Positions 1 to 14,037 of a stretch of 64,000 nt of DNA are shown piece after piece. The first letter of the stretch is position 1; each line of letters begins with the position of its first letter. A program made the translations under genes and the position numbers. The DNA is from Antedon mediterranea (taxonomy: Eukaryota; Animalia; Echinodermata), in assembly GCF_964355755.1 (NCBI RefSeq), contig NC_092674.1, positions 31,248,001 to 31,312,000 of the forward strand, in the 5' to 3' direction. A model generated the notes under the pieces. The model saw only the letters and a list, made by a program, of their open reading frames with translations. It searched no databases and was not told the origin of the DNA.

Positions 1-851
1 GTTAATAAATCTACAATATTTCCCTCGTGAATTCAGAGAACAATTGTTTCAATGACTGCTCCACCACGCATTGAAATCACATATCCTTCACATTCAGCAT
101 ACGTTTACTAATATAACACGCGTGCGTGTACAAAAGTCGTTGTCAAGCACGCACACGTCACGTAAATTAAAGTATTTGTTTAATAGGTTCGTGCGCATTT
201 ACAATAAATTACGTTACAGCAAAAACGTATAATTATTTGTGCGTTATTGTAATCAGGTGTATGTCTTATCGACAATCAAAACTAGCTCTATATCACCATA
301 AATGACAATTATCAGGATATCAGGCAAACAAAGCGCCACGCGTGGGATGCGCGCCGACACGCATGCTTTATATCAACATGCACGGATGATGCCCCAGGCC
401 TAAATAAGCTGAATTACAAAACAGTGACACTTTCATAATAATTTATATTAATATTCTGACAGGTATTACAATGGACTTAGAATATTAAATAGGCCTACAT
501 TTAGACAAACTTCCATACGGTACATAAACAAAATCTTGCTTTTTAAATGTTTTGTAGGCCTAATTGGCCAAATTTTAATCTAGGCCTATGCGTCATTTTA
601 ATATTTTTAATAAAATATTTTGATGATATAAATTTTAATTTCCTGTTGCGTCTTTTTAATGTAATGTATGCCCACGTGAGTAAAAGATTAAACGAAGTTA
701 AAAGTCTAGCCTAAAGATGTACTTTGCTAAATAACAGCCAAGATCAAGATAATTAAATATAACTGTATTTATATTTTAATGCATTCTGTCTTCATTGGTT
801 GCAACAGTAGTAAACGGATATAAAAACCAAAGTAATCGAATTCAAAGATGG

Positions 852-915
852 CGATTCCATCGAATGGTCATTCGATTCTATCGAATGGTCATTCGATTCT
901 ATCGAATGGTCATTT
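852..915. repeat. Short tandem repeat, 21-bp unit, ~3 copies, each with an internal inverted repeat (ATCGAATG-gt-CATTCGAT)
   Basis: Unit TATCGAATGGTCATTCGATTC read directly; it explains the RMVIRFY repeat in ORF 795..995. Confidence 0.9.
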
Positions 916-2368
916 CACCTTTGACCGTTAGTGATCAAATTAAACTTACAATATCGCATTACCGAAAGTCAAATGAAAGTAATGTATTAAAATGAGCGTA
1001 CAGTTGAAATGCTGCATGTACGTAAAGCACACTACCGACGGTATGGGTGGTCCTGTGGACAAGAAGCGGACAAAAACCTGTATACGTAACGACTGACATG
1101 ATGATTGCTTTTACCTGGACTTCGAATAATACACAGATTGCCACTAATGGCTAACTAAACAATTGAGTAGATAGTACATGTCGTAATAAAGTCTCTTGCA
1201 TGCGTTTATACAAGTCAAGAGGACGATGAAAAATATGACAGTTTGAATTCCGAGTGAAATTAATGGATTGCTGTTTCCGGTCAATCGTATTTGAACCCGG
1301 TCACTCAGATTATTAACAAAATTGACATTTGATGTTTGCTTGTCTTTCTCATCAATCTTTCTGTACTCATTACCACTTTCTGAGATCTTATTAGCAAAAC
1401 AAAAAATTTACAGAACTCAAAAAGGATGGGAATGTGGTTTAGCAGTTCGTCACATCACTCTCTAAATAAGAATATTTAGGTAACTTACCTTAATTCGGGC
1501 ACAATATAAACTCTAAGTTGAGGCTTAACCTAACAAACCCTTTAATTGGTCCTCCAAATTCTGAATGTAAACTTCTCATTTTAGGTCAAGTCAACGATGT
1601 CTATAGGCCTTATAAAATAAACAAACAAAAATCCATGATTTATTTACATTTTCACACCAAGAATTTCTTAAATGATACTTATACTAATCTAAAACTATTA
1701 TTAAGTATAAATAACTATATAAATTCATGTTTATTTTTGTTATTTCCATTTGATCAGTTCATTTTATTTAAAAATACATGTTAATACTATATTTCCATGG
1801 AAACAAAGCACACATGGGCATTGCCATGGAGTAATTAACACCGTAAATTACTCAAAATAAAAAAAAAATATTTCTACTTTTACAATTCGTATATTTCCAT
1901 TGAAAGAACATGTGGATTCATTGATATTATTAATATGATTGTATACAAACGATATAGTGATAACAACTGTATACAACAACAAATGAAACAGAATTGGATG
2001 GGAGAGCGTCACTAGCTACGCGCCTATCGAGTCAACAAGTCATTCTGCGCATTATGTGAATGTATTTAAAAAAAACTCTTATTTAAAAAAAGCACTTTGA
2101 TTGATTGATTTTATCAATATAGATTCGTACATTCAACACCAATGTGAAATTTGATACCTAAATATAATGATATGTACGAAACATCATTCGTGTTGACATT
2201 ATATTTTAATTAGCATTCAATAGATTGATTCGTATTGTTGGCAGTCAGGAGACAATTCAGAATGCGTACGATATTAACACGTCTATTCATTTGTGTGTAT
2301 TGGTTATCACCATCGTTATATAATAAGAAATGAGCTACGAGCGCACAGTCATGATGCCAACATGAAAG

Positions 2369-2469
2369 AGTCTCCTTAATAGGTGTCCTCTGAATGGGTG
2401 TGTCACCATGGGTGTGTCACCATGGGTGTCCCCCTAAATAGAGGAGTCCTAAAAGAAGGTTTATACTGT
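2369..2469. mobile_element. Possible degenerate end of a Tc1/mariner (pogo-type) MITE
   Basis: Repeated GGTGTC(C) subterminal motifs ending in GAAGGTTTATACTG, resembling the CAGTA(A/T)AACCT terminus of such MITEs. No partner terminus found. Confidence 0.3.
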
Positions 2470-5400
2470 GTTTATTTAACGAAATTATGTATGGTTGCAT
2501 TGTGCATTTTGGTTATCAACTGCGTGAAACAAAAAAGGAGGGCTGGTTGTAAGTTTGAATTGACCAATCTGTTAGTATATACCTTCCCACTGCTAATCCG
2601 AAGATTCTATCACTGCGTAATAAAAGTTAACAATATAATGTTGAGCTCTGTTATTGATAATTACAACAAATATTTGTGTTTGTATTGTTTCATATCCAAG
2701 TTTTAAATTTACTCGCCCTAAGCCCATTCTATAATGTCATATACTAAACGCACATTGTCGTTGGTTACAAACTCAATAAACTACATCATTTTTCTATTGG
2801 GACAAAAGGGTAACACGTGACAAACTGGATCAATTCAAAATGGAGCGTACCTCGTTCACTTGAATGTAAATCACCGGTTTAATTATAAATGACTTTCCCT
2901 AATTGTCTAGTAGATTGTTATTACAATCATCATAAAAATACTTCATTATTGTTTTCATTATTGCAATCAATTATAAGAACACTTTGCCTCACGCAATTTT
3001 ACGACTGAACCTCTAATTGCGCGCCACTCGAGTCGTCACACGCCAGTGTTATTTGGTCAATCTGGGTTGTTCTACGTAATGCTAAATGGTCCTACGACCA
3101 AATCCATTAACTCCACCCTCGAGTAACATTGTTACCAGGATGTTCGGGTGCGAAGCTGGATCATTATCATATAGATATATAGATGAATATTGATAGGATG
3201 CAGTTCTAGCGCTCGCAAATCACTCGAAAAATGCAATTCTTAGACCCTGGATTCAATCGAGTGGCAATCTCACGCAATCATATTGTGAAACAAAGAAACA
3301 AACATGCATTATATTGAACAGGTAGATATTACGTTCGTAATTAAATAGTATGATTAATAGCAAAGATAGAAGGATTCGCGTTTGCTTCTCTTCATCCGTG
3401 TCACTTGATTAAACGAGAAATCCTTTTAATTTTCATCATATCGCCAAAGAGCTTTGTTTATTTTCGACTCAATCCTGGTTTCTCTTAAAATGCAACTACT
3501 TGACTAAAAGAGATGTCCTTGGTACTAAAATATTGCAAGATAAACGTTAATGTAATGCTGATTGCTACAGTGGTCAGTATTCGATTGACAACACTTTGAA
3601 TTCCGACGTTTCTGTTATCAGGCCTCGTTAGAAACTACTCTTATTTGTCCGAGACGCACTTTATACAATCTATGCTTCAATATTTTAATGCATTATTGTA
3701 TTTCAAGTGTGAATGGACATTATAGAAACCAAGCCTGCTAACGAACAAGTATTTCTACATCTATTCATAAAGCACTTAAGTCATTGCAATGAATTGTAAT
3801 TATAAGTTCTGTAATAATTAACGTTCAGTGTATAATTGTATTTCAAGTGTGAACGGGCGTTATGAATTGGTTGTCGAACGACGCCTACTAACGAACAAGT
3901 ATTCATTACAATACTTAGAACCAAATCATTTGTAATTAATATTAAGTAATATGTTATTCATTTAGTACTCACCGACACATTAATCATCTCTATTAAAACA
4001 TTGAAGGTTTTAAAGAGGTTAATTATACAGTAATACAATATAATCAAGAAATTGCAATTCATTAACTATTATAGGCCTACACCAGTTCACATGCGACGTG
4101 TACTAAACGAATACAACTTTTAAAATCTTATTAAAATAATATAAATGTAACCATATCATATCGCCCAGAAGCTGATCGTGTCAGATCTATTTGTAACAAT
4201 AGTGTATACATTAAAACACAGTAGGTCTAAATCATCTGCATGCAAATACGATACGAAAACAATTAAGTTATAGGCTAATAACGGGAAAAAATATAAAACA
4301 GTGTATTTAAAATAAATTAATAAAGTTAATAAAGAACAACTAACTTAGGGAATGAAATGTTTAAGTCTTTCTTACAATAAGAGGCCTACAATGTAATGAG
4401 GAAGAGAATATAGGAGGAATCGAAAAGTGTGTATTATACTGGTAAAACAATATTAAATATTGTGGTTGAGCAGAAGAACTTTGCCTATGTACACAACCTA
4501 TTACGAAACTGTATACTTTTGAGCTGCTAAAGCAAACGCCCTTTTGATAGACACGATCCAATACATTGATGTTATTAATATCAAAAGAAATAAAATGAAA
4601 AGGATGCTTGAGAATTAGATATGTGATTTTGAATCCATTAAGCAATTTGATAATGTATTTTATAATGGGTGATTCCATTAGGTAAAATTACTTTGAATGC
4701 CATTAGTATAAATAACAGTAATCATTGTTGTTCCAATCCCGCAAATGGAGTTGGTTATTTTTCTCATTCTACAGTTTTTATAACGCGATTTTTCGGAAAG
4801 CGTCCAATCATACCCCGTTTACTAGTCGTAAATTGGGTCGCTTAATCGATTACATCACATCACTGTTGATATTGTAAACGAATATTTGTAATACTTGAAT
4901 ATATGTCTCAATATCATGTTAACTAATGCCACATTATGTAACAAGATGTTTACATAGAATCAATGTGTTCATATACACCCACGATACCATTAATACAAAC
5001 ATTACTAGAAAAGTGGATAGAATAGATGAGGGCGCTACTCATTAAATTTAACAACAGTCTTAATACCGTTTTATTGTTTTTACACGTAAATACCACTATA
5101 TTTACAATAAGTATACAATGTTGAAATTTGTTTTAATCTGTACAACTGTTTGACATTAACATGTAGAATAGGTCACGTAAAAGGACGTAATCTGTGCTAG
5201 CTGTGCGGTTTGAATTGAAAGTGTCAGGTATCTGAAATTCATATTAATTTGTACAATCTTCGAATAAGTTGTTAATGTTATAGTCTACCTGAAACTAGTT
5301 TGACGGAACACACATTTGTTTTATTTGCCCTGATATTAGCTAATATTAGATATGCAAAAATCGGGCAAGTTGAAAGGATTAATATTAATTATTATTATTA

Positions 5401-7070
5401 TTTAAATAAAGATAATGAAAAGCAATGAGTTAAATAAATAATGAGCTTTATACATATCTAGGACTATAAATGTATATACAGGTACGTAGGTTTATTTTAA
5501 CATGCATTCAAAGTAAGTAATTTATATCTAAATAAATATACACGAACGTACCGGATGATAATCCATCCAGGTATATGACGATTAACAATTATTAACATGC
5601 ATTTTCGTTGGTATAATAATAATACACCGTATGGAGAAGTTTTTACAACAAAATTATTGTTGTAAATATGATTAAAATGAAAATATAAACACATTTTAAA
5701 CAATAGTGTAGAAATCGGGGGAAATTAAAAAACGAGGCTGAAATAATAGAAAAACATCTGGCTCTGCTGAGTCAATGAAATTAATTTTATATTGGTTTAA
5801 AATATCTAACTATAGGTCAGCGTATTGATATAAATTTAAATAGCAGATGTTATAAGGTTTGCAATATTACGATAACGTGACAAAAGTAGTATTCATAAAG
5901 TAGAATTATAGGTCTACTGTATATTGAGATATATCATTAATATTTCATTATTCGTGTCAATGATGACACAAGAAAGAAGAGACGTCGAGTTTGACGCACG
6001 CGTTGCAAATATGCGTATGCAAGTAATGATGTAATAAAAATGACGCGCTCATGGCATCGACGTAACGTGGTTTTCTCTTAAATGGAATATATTTATGCGT
6101 AAAGACAATAATAACTACTTTATAATTACATTTACATGAATTTATACAATTTGGCAACAATCACATTGTCAAGGACATGAGACACATTCGACGTTCTTTA
6201 AATATTTTGATACCAATTTTTGTGTTATAATCAACATCAAGCAATCTATCACAACTCAGCATTTTAAAATAATGAAACGACGCAATTCATTATTTGCTAA
6301 TGTTATATTATACCTTTGTTTGGTTTGGCGCTATGAATAATGTATTATTGCAATTGACTAACTGCAGTCTTTAGAAGGCAGACAATCATATCAACCATTT
6401 AAGTAATTGTTTGTAAATAACACTAAACGTCTGGAAATTATAATCGATAGGAGACAGAATAATACATTTATTTTGAATTATAACTCTATCTGTATTATTA
6501 GTAAAAACACGTCATTTTCATGTCCGCAAAAAAAAAAACCCACCCACTATATTTCATAATGAACTTAGTATTACCTCGTAGATTGCAGGCGTTATGCCAT
6601 GAATATAACACGATAACTGACGCGTTAAGACGTGCACAAACGTCGCGCGCGCGTAAACTTTGTTATTTCTTGTGTTACGGACGCTTTTGAGATCCTGTTT
6701 CATGAATGGTCAACATTTAATTGTATTAAACATAGGTCTACTAACAATTTGAATTGTATTTTCATTGAACAATTAAAGTTATATTATATATTATATCCAT
6801 TTTATTATTTTACACCCGAGACATCGTAAACCTAATGGAAAACACAAAGAATGTACCCAATGTTATCTTCGTCCATTAAAGAAATCCCAAGTGTGACGAA
6901 ACGGCCTTGTTGCCATGGGTTGAACATTTGACACACAAAAACGACGCTTATTTGGACCGGTAATAATCATTGAATATCATATTTTTAATCTTTTATCGCA
7001 TTTTCTGCTTTTAATATTGAAGTTTATACCATTTTCAAGCTACGAGCACACTTGTTTCCGTTTCACGGAA

Positions 7071-7211
7071 CGGAAGACGGTGCCGTGTTGTTGAACGATG
7101 TCTGTCGGAAGACGGTGCCGTGTTGTTGAACGATGTCTGTCGGAAGACGGTGCCGTGTTGTTGAACGATGTCTGTCGGAAGACGGTGCCGTGTTGTTGAA
7201 CGATGTCTGTC
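7071..7211. repeat. Minisatellite, 35-bp unit x4
   Basis: CGGAAGACGGTGCCGTGTTGTTGAACGATGTCTGT starts at 7071, 7106, 7141 and 7176. Confidence 0.95.
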
Positions 7212-10200
7212 GTTTTTTTGTTATTGAATTGAAAAATTACATTTCTTGGCGAAATCATATAGAAAGACGAAATGAGAGAAACGTTAAGCTTTTCGCAATC
7301 TGTTCGTTAGCATTTTATAGATGACTTTTTTTTTTCAATCATTGATTTACAATTGAACATTTCGAAGCCATCGTTCGGTACTGTTTATTGGTCTGCTTTT
7401 ATCCCCTTATGTACCTATATTAAGATATACCGCACACATATCTAGGATGACTTCAATAGTGAATTATGTTATCTATTTGCAAAAGTAGTAGGCAACCTTT
7501 CCCAACGCGATGATCCAAGCTTGAAAACAAAGATTACATCGAAAATAGATTCCATAATCGAACGCAGAAACAGCAATAGGGAATTTAACATCTAATGGCT
7601 TATCACTTGTGATTATTTCTGTACGGAATTAAATAATTGCTCTTATTATTGTCGCTCCTGTTGTGAAAACCTTTTAGTCTCAAATGGCATTGAGCGAAAA
7701 ACAAAAATCCTGCAATTTACTTAGTAACCGACACTATTTTACCCCCGACTGTTTTTAACATTCTGTCTGTAATATTGTTGATGTGAATATAGGCCATATT
7801 GATATTGATTGCGGAGGACTTGAAGGTTGTATCGGCCCCCTTCGTCCCCTGTGATTAGTATTTCGCGTTCGATTGAATATAGAGGCTTAAATTGTGTGCT
7901 GTGTTGGAATTAAATAACAAGATTTTGAAAGCATTTATATGACTGAAATGAATCGATGTAATTTAGATATTTTAGAAACGAAATACGCGTGCACACTTTT
8001 ATAACTGTGATAAATATGAGGATACTAACTAAAATGCATCGATAGAGTGAAAGTAATGGAGGGATTTAAATGATTAAAATATTAACAGTAAGGTATGAAA
8101 TATCAAACCGATGAATGGATATAAAAGTAGAAAAGGATTATGCCTATTTATATGGTTTAAAAAAAGTTGCCACAGTGACGAGGTATGATAAAAAATAATA
8201 ATAAACAAAAAAACACAACAAAAATCAATTTAATATTTGAGATAAAAATGTAAAAGAAACATTTTACCATAAATATGAATTTATGTTGAGTTCGACGGTT
8301 TTGTTTATTCTAAACTGTTATCTTTATTGAAAAAATCGTAAGAAATGTGATGACGTCATTATTGTCATTAATGTATTGAGTGTTGTGGGTCAATTCTTTA
8401 AAACCAAGGTGATTGGTACAAATAAAAAAAAAATAATAATAAATCTAGACTGTTTACATTTAAATTATATCATTAAAAAAAGTCAAAACAACTTGATGTG
8501 TGCATAGTTCATATGTAAAGTTTGTGACATTGAATCTTAGTCATCCAAAAGCCAACACGTCCACTTTCCTAGGGGACATGAAGGCTTTACAACATACCTA
8601 ACCCAAGCCTCGTAGGTCATTTATTTGATAGGCTAAGATGACATTCGAACATACCGAGGAAATGTGTTTGCTGGGGCCTGGAAGTTGGTAAACTCGACCT
8701 TGTTCAAGGTCGCAGTACGACGCCTAGCTTAGTTCAGGTACGTGGTGGGTTAGGCCAATATCATCTATTTTTGTTTTGTTATCATTTCGATTCAAATGCT
8801 CGTTTTAAATTCAAGAATGCACGATTTACCTTCTTAATGGTAATTTTTTGAAATATTTATCGATAACTCAATTTGTAATATTTGCATAATACAATGATAT
8901 TTCTAATAACTTTCACTTTTGTCGGGTCGGTGGCCGTATAAGGAATGTTTCGACTATTTAAAAATGCATTTTCTTCGTGTTTTTTCAAGTGTTTATAACA
9001 TGCGAGTAATTACATTAAAACATTTCGGCATTAGGTTTAAAGAAAATATATTGGTATCGCATTGATTAAAGTTAAAGTTAAAAGACAAAGTACAACGTAC
9101 CACAATACACGTGTCACAAACTAAACTTATATTATGTAGTTTCAAATATCGATTCATTTTATTTTAATATAAATTTTAATTAAAGGTATGATAAACCCAA
9201 TAAACATGGAGTATATTCACATCTGGATCTCTACACCAATAAAGGTATTAATTTAAAAATATGATTAAGAAGTACTTGAGTAGTAATATATTTTAAGTAT
9301 TATTAAATAAAACTCCTAAATAATACAAACGTGTAAAAATCAACAGTTCAATGAAATGGTGTAATTGTAAGAGTTGCTATCGTATGTTATTATTTCTTTG
9401 TATGATACGCTTAATAACTGGCGTTTAGTAGTTAGATACATTTAATATACTAATATAAAACACATTCATTGTTATATCACATTATTTTAATGTTGCTACT
9501 TAATTAGTTTTGAACTATTGCATTCAAATGATATTACTCTACTAAATAAACTCAACAATATTATTGATTTATATTCGTCTAAATGTGTGTTCTCTTGTTT
9601 TTATCTCTTACCTGTGTGTATATATCAGCACGTACTTACATTAAGTTCTTTTACTAAATAATTTAATAAGAATTTAACACAGTTTGCTTCTTTATAACAC
9701 AAAGAAAGTCTAGTATAGTCAATTTTTAGATCCTAATAATAATTATATGTCTATTCTACAATTTCTTTTTTTTTACATCTGGGCCAATCTTTTAATATTG
9801 TATGTTTGCATAACATGTGTTAATATATTTTGCAGTAAACATTTGCTAGTTTAAACCTATAGTTTTGGGCTTAATTCAAAATACCAAACCATCACATTTA
9901 CAAACGTTATAGGCCTAGCCTAAAAGAAACTTTAATTCAAAAAGGGACTGAGAAGTAAACATTTGAACTTCCATGGCGAGTAATTTCTCAGCGTAAACTT
10001 TTATCCACAATATTTAAAATACCGGATGGATATTGCCCTGCTCTATGATCATAATGTTTAGTTTGATTTTCTCAAGAAAGTCGTTTTACAGAATATTTCC
10101 TGCCTTTTGAGTTGTAAAGTGTAATAAAAAACAAGACAACAGATATGTGCGAAGTCTTTCGATCCGTTCACAAACTTTGCCTACCAACTTTGAGGCATCC

Positions 10201-13061
10201 AGTTAACCCCATCACTCCGAAAATTCCTTCACTCCACACGCAATAACTGAGCTAAACCGAACAGTATGTTTGCAATAACACGGGGGCCTAGAGGTCCTAC
10301 AAGTTATATGACTTCAATTAAGTAACATTAATCAACTTATTTCACTCCCAAGTTTTTAGCAATGTTTTTAAATTGTAAAGACAATGACGAATCGACATTT
10401 TTATTAGGGTGTAACAAGTTAATTAGGTGAATAAATTAAATGTCTTAAAAATGTCATTATTTTAAAAACATTGGTTATTTACAAGTCGTAATTTATACAA
10501 CGAACTTACACCCACTCCTCCTACCCATCACGCACCTTTCCTTTCCGTTCCTTTCAACTAGATTGTGTATTGTACCTACAAGGCCTATACATTAATCATG
10601 TTAAAAAATGTATTCTAGTTTCTAATTTTATACATATAAACTTTATTTTTTCAGTTTATACAGCACAACTCGTTCAATCAACATTAATTTTTTTTTCTTC
10701 ATGATATGAATAACAAAATATGAGATTAAATAACAACAAAAATAATGTTTACATTTTCCATTTGTGAGAATAAAATTATTATTCTATTAGTTACAGTATA
10801 AAAAAGTAAAAAAAATCATGTAAAATTCTCTTGCTGGTAAACCTTTCGATTAAAAATAGAAAGATAACGGTAATCAAATTAAATACATGAAGTAGACTTT
10901 AGTGGTATTACCAAAGATTTAAACGTTGTAATTCACGTATTTCATAAAATAACATTTGATGGAAATGTATCACGTATGATACGCTGAAATGGACTTTTCA
11001 AGGTAACAGAACCATTATGTTATTTCACAATATATTTATTTAGAACAATTCATTACGTGAAATCACGAATAATATTATTTAAACATGATCTGGCTGTTAT
11101 ATGGCACAATTAAATCACGTTCAGGATTTGCGTTGAAGGTTTGTTACGAATGCAAAACGTGGTAAAACGAAACATTACTAAAAGTAAAAGACAAAACCTC
11201 AGTTGGAATTGAATGTTATTGATGGAAATGTCTCAATATGTGTCGCAGAAAATTATGCACATAATTATAGCTAAATAAGAGCCTAAGGACCTACATTGAA
11301 TAAGTTCGGTTGAACTTTTATTTTCCAGATAAGATCGTTGTTATTCATTTCAAAGATATTTTTGACCGAATTTGAAGGCATAGGTTGAAAGAGTTTAGTA
11401 CTGGGCACACATCGCCATTACATTCGTTCAGTTATGTTAAAACAGATTGTATTGATAACGCACGTACACAAATGATCTGAAATGTTATTGAACGGTTGTC
11501 TCATTTTCACACGTTTGTATAAATGATGTTAGCCACTCGACTTATTTTAGGTATGAAGGTATGTGGTTCCAAAGAAATTTCATTTAGTCAATTATTACTG
11601 TAATTCAAAAGAACGTTACTTCAAATTGCACAAAGATATTTTAGATTAGTTGCACAAACGGTGAAATCGACAGGCCTGAAAGAAAATAACGTATGTGAAG
11701 TTGTCTGATTGACTCTCTGCATGGTGGATAGAAATCAATCACAAAAACCATTTCATCTCGGTGTATTTCTGCTTTTTCATTTGGCTTAGGAGCAAATGTC
11801 ACGAATTCCCGGTGCTTGTCGGCGCCGAATCGAACGCCGGGCTAGGCCTAGCTCTCAGATGGATGCAGAGTGAAGTCATTTTAAAGTCACACGAAGGTTG
11901 ATGGGGCCAGGCCTTAGCAAGTCAAACCATCATATTGCTTTATTTGTTTTTAGACAGGTGCAGAACTTTGGAGTGAAAAGATAACTCGATAAATCAACAA
12001 GTGACGAAGTCTTCAATACAATCACCACATGAATCCGTGGGATAAAGACTCGGTCTGTCCAGATGCCAAAGACAACTTCAGAATGTTAATTACAGAATAA
12101 ATGCATACACGCTTTGAGCAGCACTAAGCATGTTCTTAACTCAGATCTAAGTTATTTACAACAAAATTAAACTTAATGTCCAATAACTTAATGATTTTCA
12201 AAATACAGGAGGGGGTACCTGATAACGAGCATATGGAACGCAGCTAACTGATGACTTTTAAATTAAATTTCGTTCTGACAGAATTGACATACCGATATTT
12301 TGGTTGGTGGTTCTAATTTGATAATATCCCCCCTCCCTCCCTCCCTCCCTCGTAAGAAATATTTTGCTAGGTGACATACAGTAGAAATCTAAGATAAAGA
12401 ACTTGTGTATGCATTCTAATCTCAATAATAGATGGCCGATCCTATTAACATAATAAGAAAGTTCAAACAAACACATTCAGTGAACAAAGCAACCCCATAG
12501 CGAACACAACATTATTACAGTAATATACTGGTATTGTATAGAAGAAAAGAAAGGTTTGAGTAAACTAATAAAACATATTTAAAACCAGTTCTTCTAAAAA
12601 AATTAAATTCTATTTTTAACAAGTTAATTTAATGCTTACTTTCCGAAATAAAAGTATGGTGTATCAGTAATGCATCAATCTTTTGTTTTTGGTTAAAACA
12701 TTTCAAAATATGATATCTTCAATCCTTTGCATAATGCATCAATACAATTATAACATGGTTCCATAGGATCAGGGGTCAAAGTTGAAGGGGAAAAGGCATG
12801 CTTTTAGAAAGTAGCAAACAGTAAAAAGTGTGAGAGTAATTTATAAATTGAATATAAAAAGTGACTATTTACATAAAACTAAATAAAAGATTAGGGGCCT
12901 AGAAATGTTTATAAATAATGTTTGTAAATAATCATATTTTAAAAAACATAGTTAAACTATTCGTTATTACTGTTACATCAGAAACGATGTTACATCATAA
13001 ATGATTCTATAACAGGGCAGAAATACTTTGTAAGACAAACATTGTGTTCAACCAAAGTCTG

Positions 13062-13200
13062 AAGCTCTGTCTACAATATCAAACTAGTTTGACAAAAAAG
13101 GTGTGCCCAAATATGGTAGTGATCTAACCAAATATGGTAGTGACAGTGGACACATACATTTTTTGTCACATAAACTTTGATACGGTAGTGTCGACAGTGC
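13062..13200. mobile_element. MITE family A, degenerate copy
   Basis: Begins AAGCTCTGTCTACAATATCAAACTAGTTTGACAAAAAA with internal CCAAATATGGTAGTGA repeats; homologous to copies at 24854, 33662, 34361 and 60624. Confidence 0.8.
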
Positions 13201-13898
13201 AGAATTATCTATGACAATGTGCAGTGGCCTTTCTTCTGCGTTTAATACATTAATGTTTCTATCCTTAAAAACATTAATGTATTAGTTCAGATGTATGTAA
13301 TACATGAATGTTTCTGTTTTTCAGAATGTTGTAGTCAGTTATGTTTTTCCTGTTTTAGAAACTTGTTTAACTTTAATTGAACCTGTTTTGTTTGTTCAGG
13401 CGCTGAGGTAATGACGTAAGCCCAGAGGCGATCTGTGGTTTGATACCTCAACAATGTTATTTTAACGAATTTAGCTACCGTACAGGATATGATATTCGTA
13501 ATTAAAGAAGTTTGACCGAAATATAGATATTAACATTTAACAGTTTTTAGTTTTGATAATGTAAATGTATATTTGATTAAAGGAGAATACATCGACAGAA
13601 CAATGAAATGTAAACAACAGTCTAGCCTACCCTTCCATTTATAATTTGATGTTTATTTGGGCCTACACAGTTTCTCGTAAATAATTGTTTTGTTAACTGT
13701 TTGCAGTCAAATTGTTTTTTCTCTTCGTTATGTTATTGCAAAGCGTTCACCGTATGCAAACGACGTTTTTTGTTTATATCTATAACAATACCGATACAGA
13801 TTTAATGACGAAGAGAGAATTGTAATAATAATTTATATGTATAACAAATAATTTAAGATTTAAAAAAAAAAAAAAAAATATGTATGTAGATGTTTTGT

Positions 13899-14037
13899 AT
13901 TGCATGGCCTGCTACCGTCATACTTCCTATACCGTTCCCTATTAGACACGTTATCAATAGAATACTTGTATTACATGGCCTGCTACCGTCATACTTCCTA
14001 TACCGTTCCCTATTCGACACGTTATCAATAGAATACT
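13899..14037. repeat. Tandem duplication, ~70 bp x2
   Basis: CATGGCCTGCTACCGTCATACTTCCTATACCGTTCCCTATT(A/C)GACACGTTATCAATAGAATACTT occurs twice. Confidence 0.9.

Noticed and set aside
11805-11855. tRNA or tRNA-derived SINE on the - strand (GTTCGATTC B-box-like)
   Set aside because: No proper T-stem, A-box or cloverleaf could be built.
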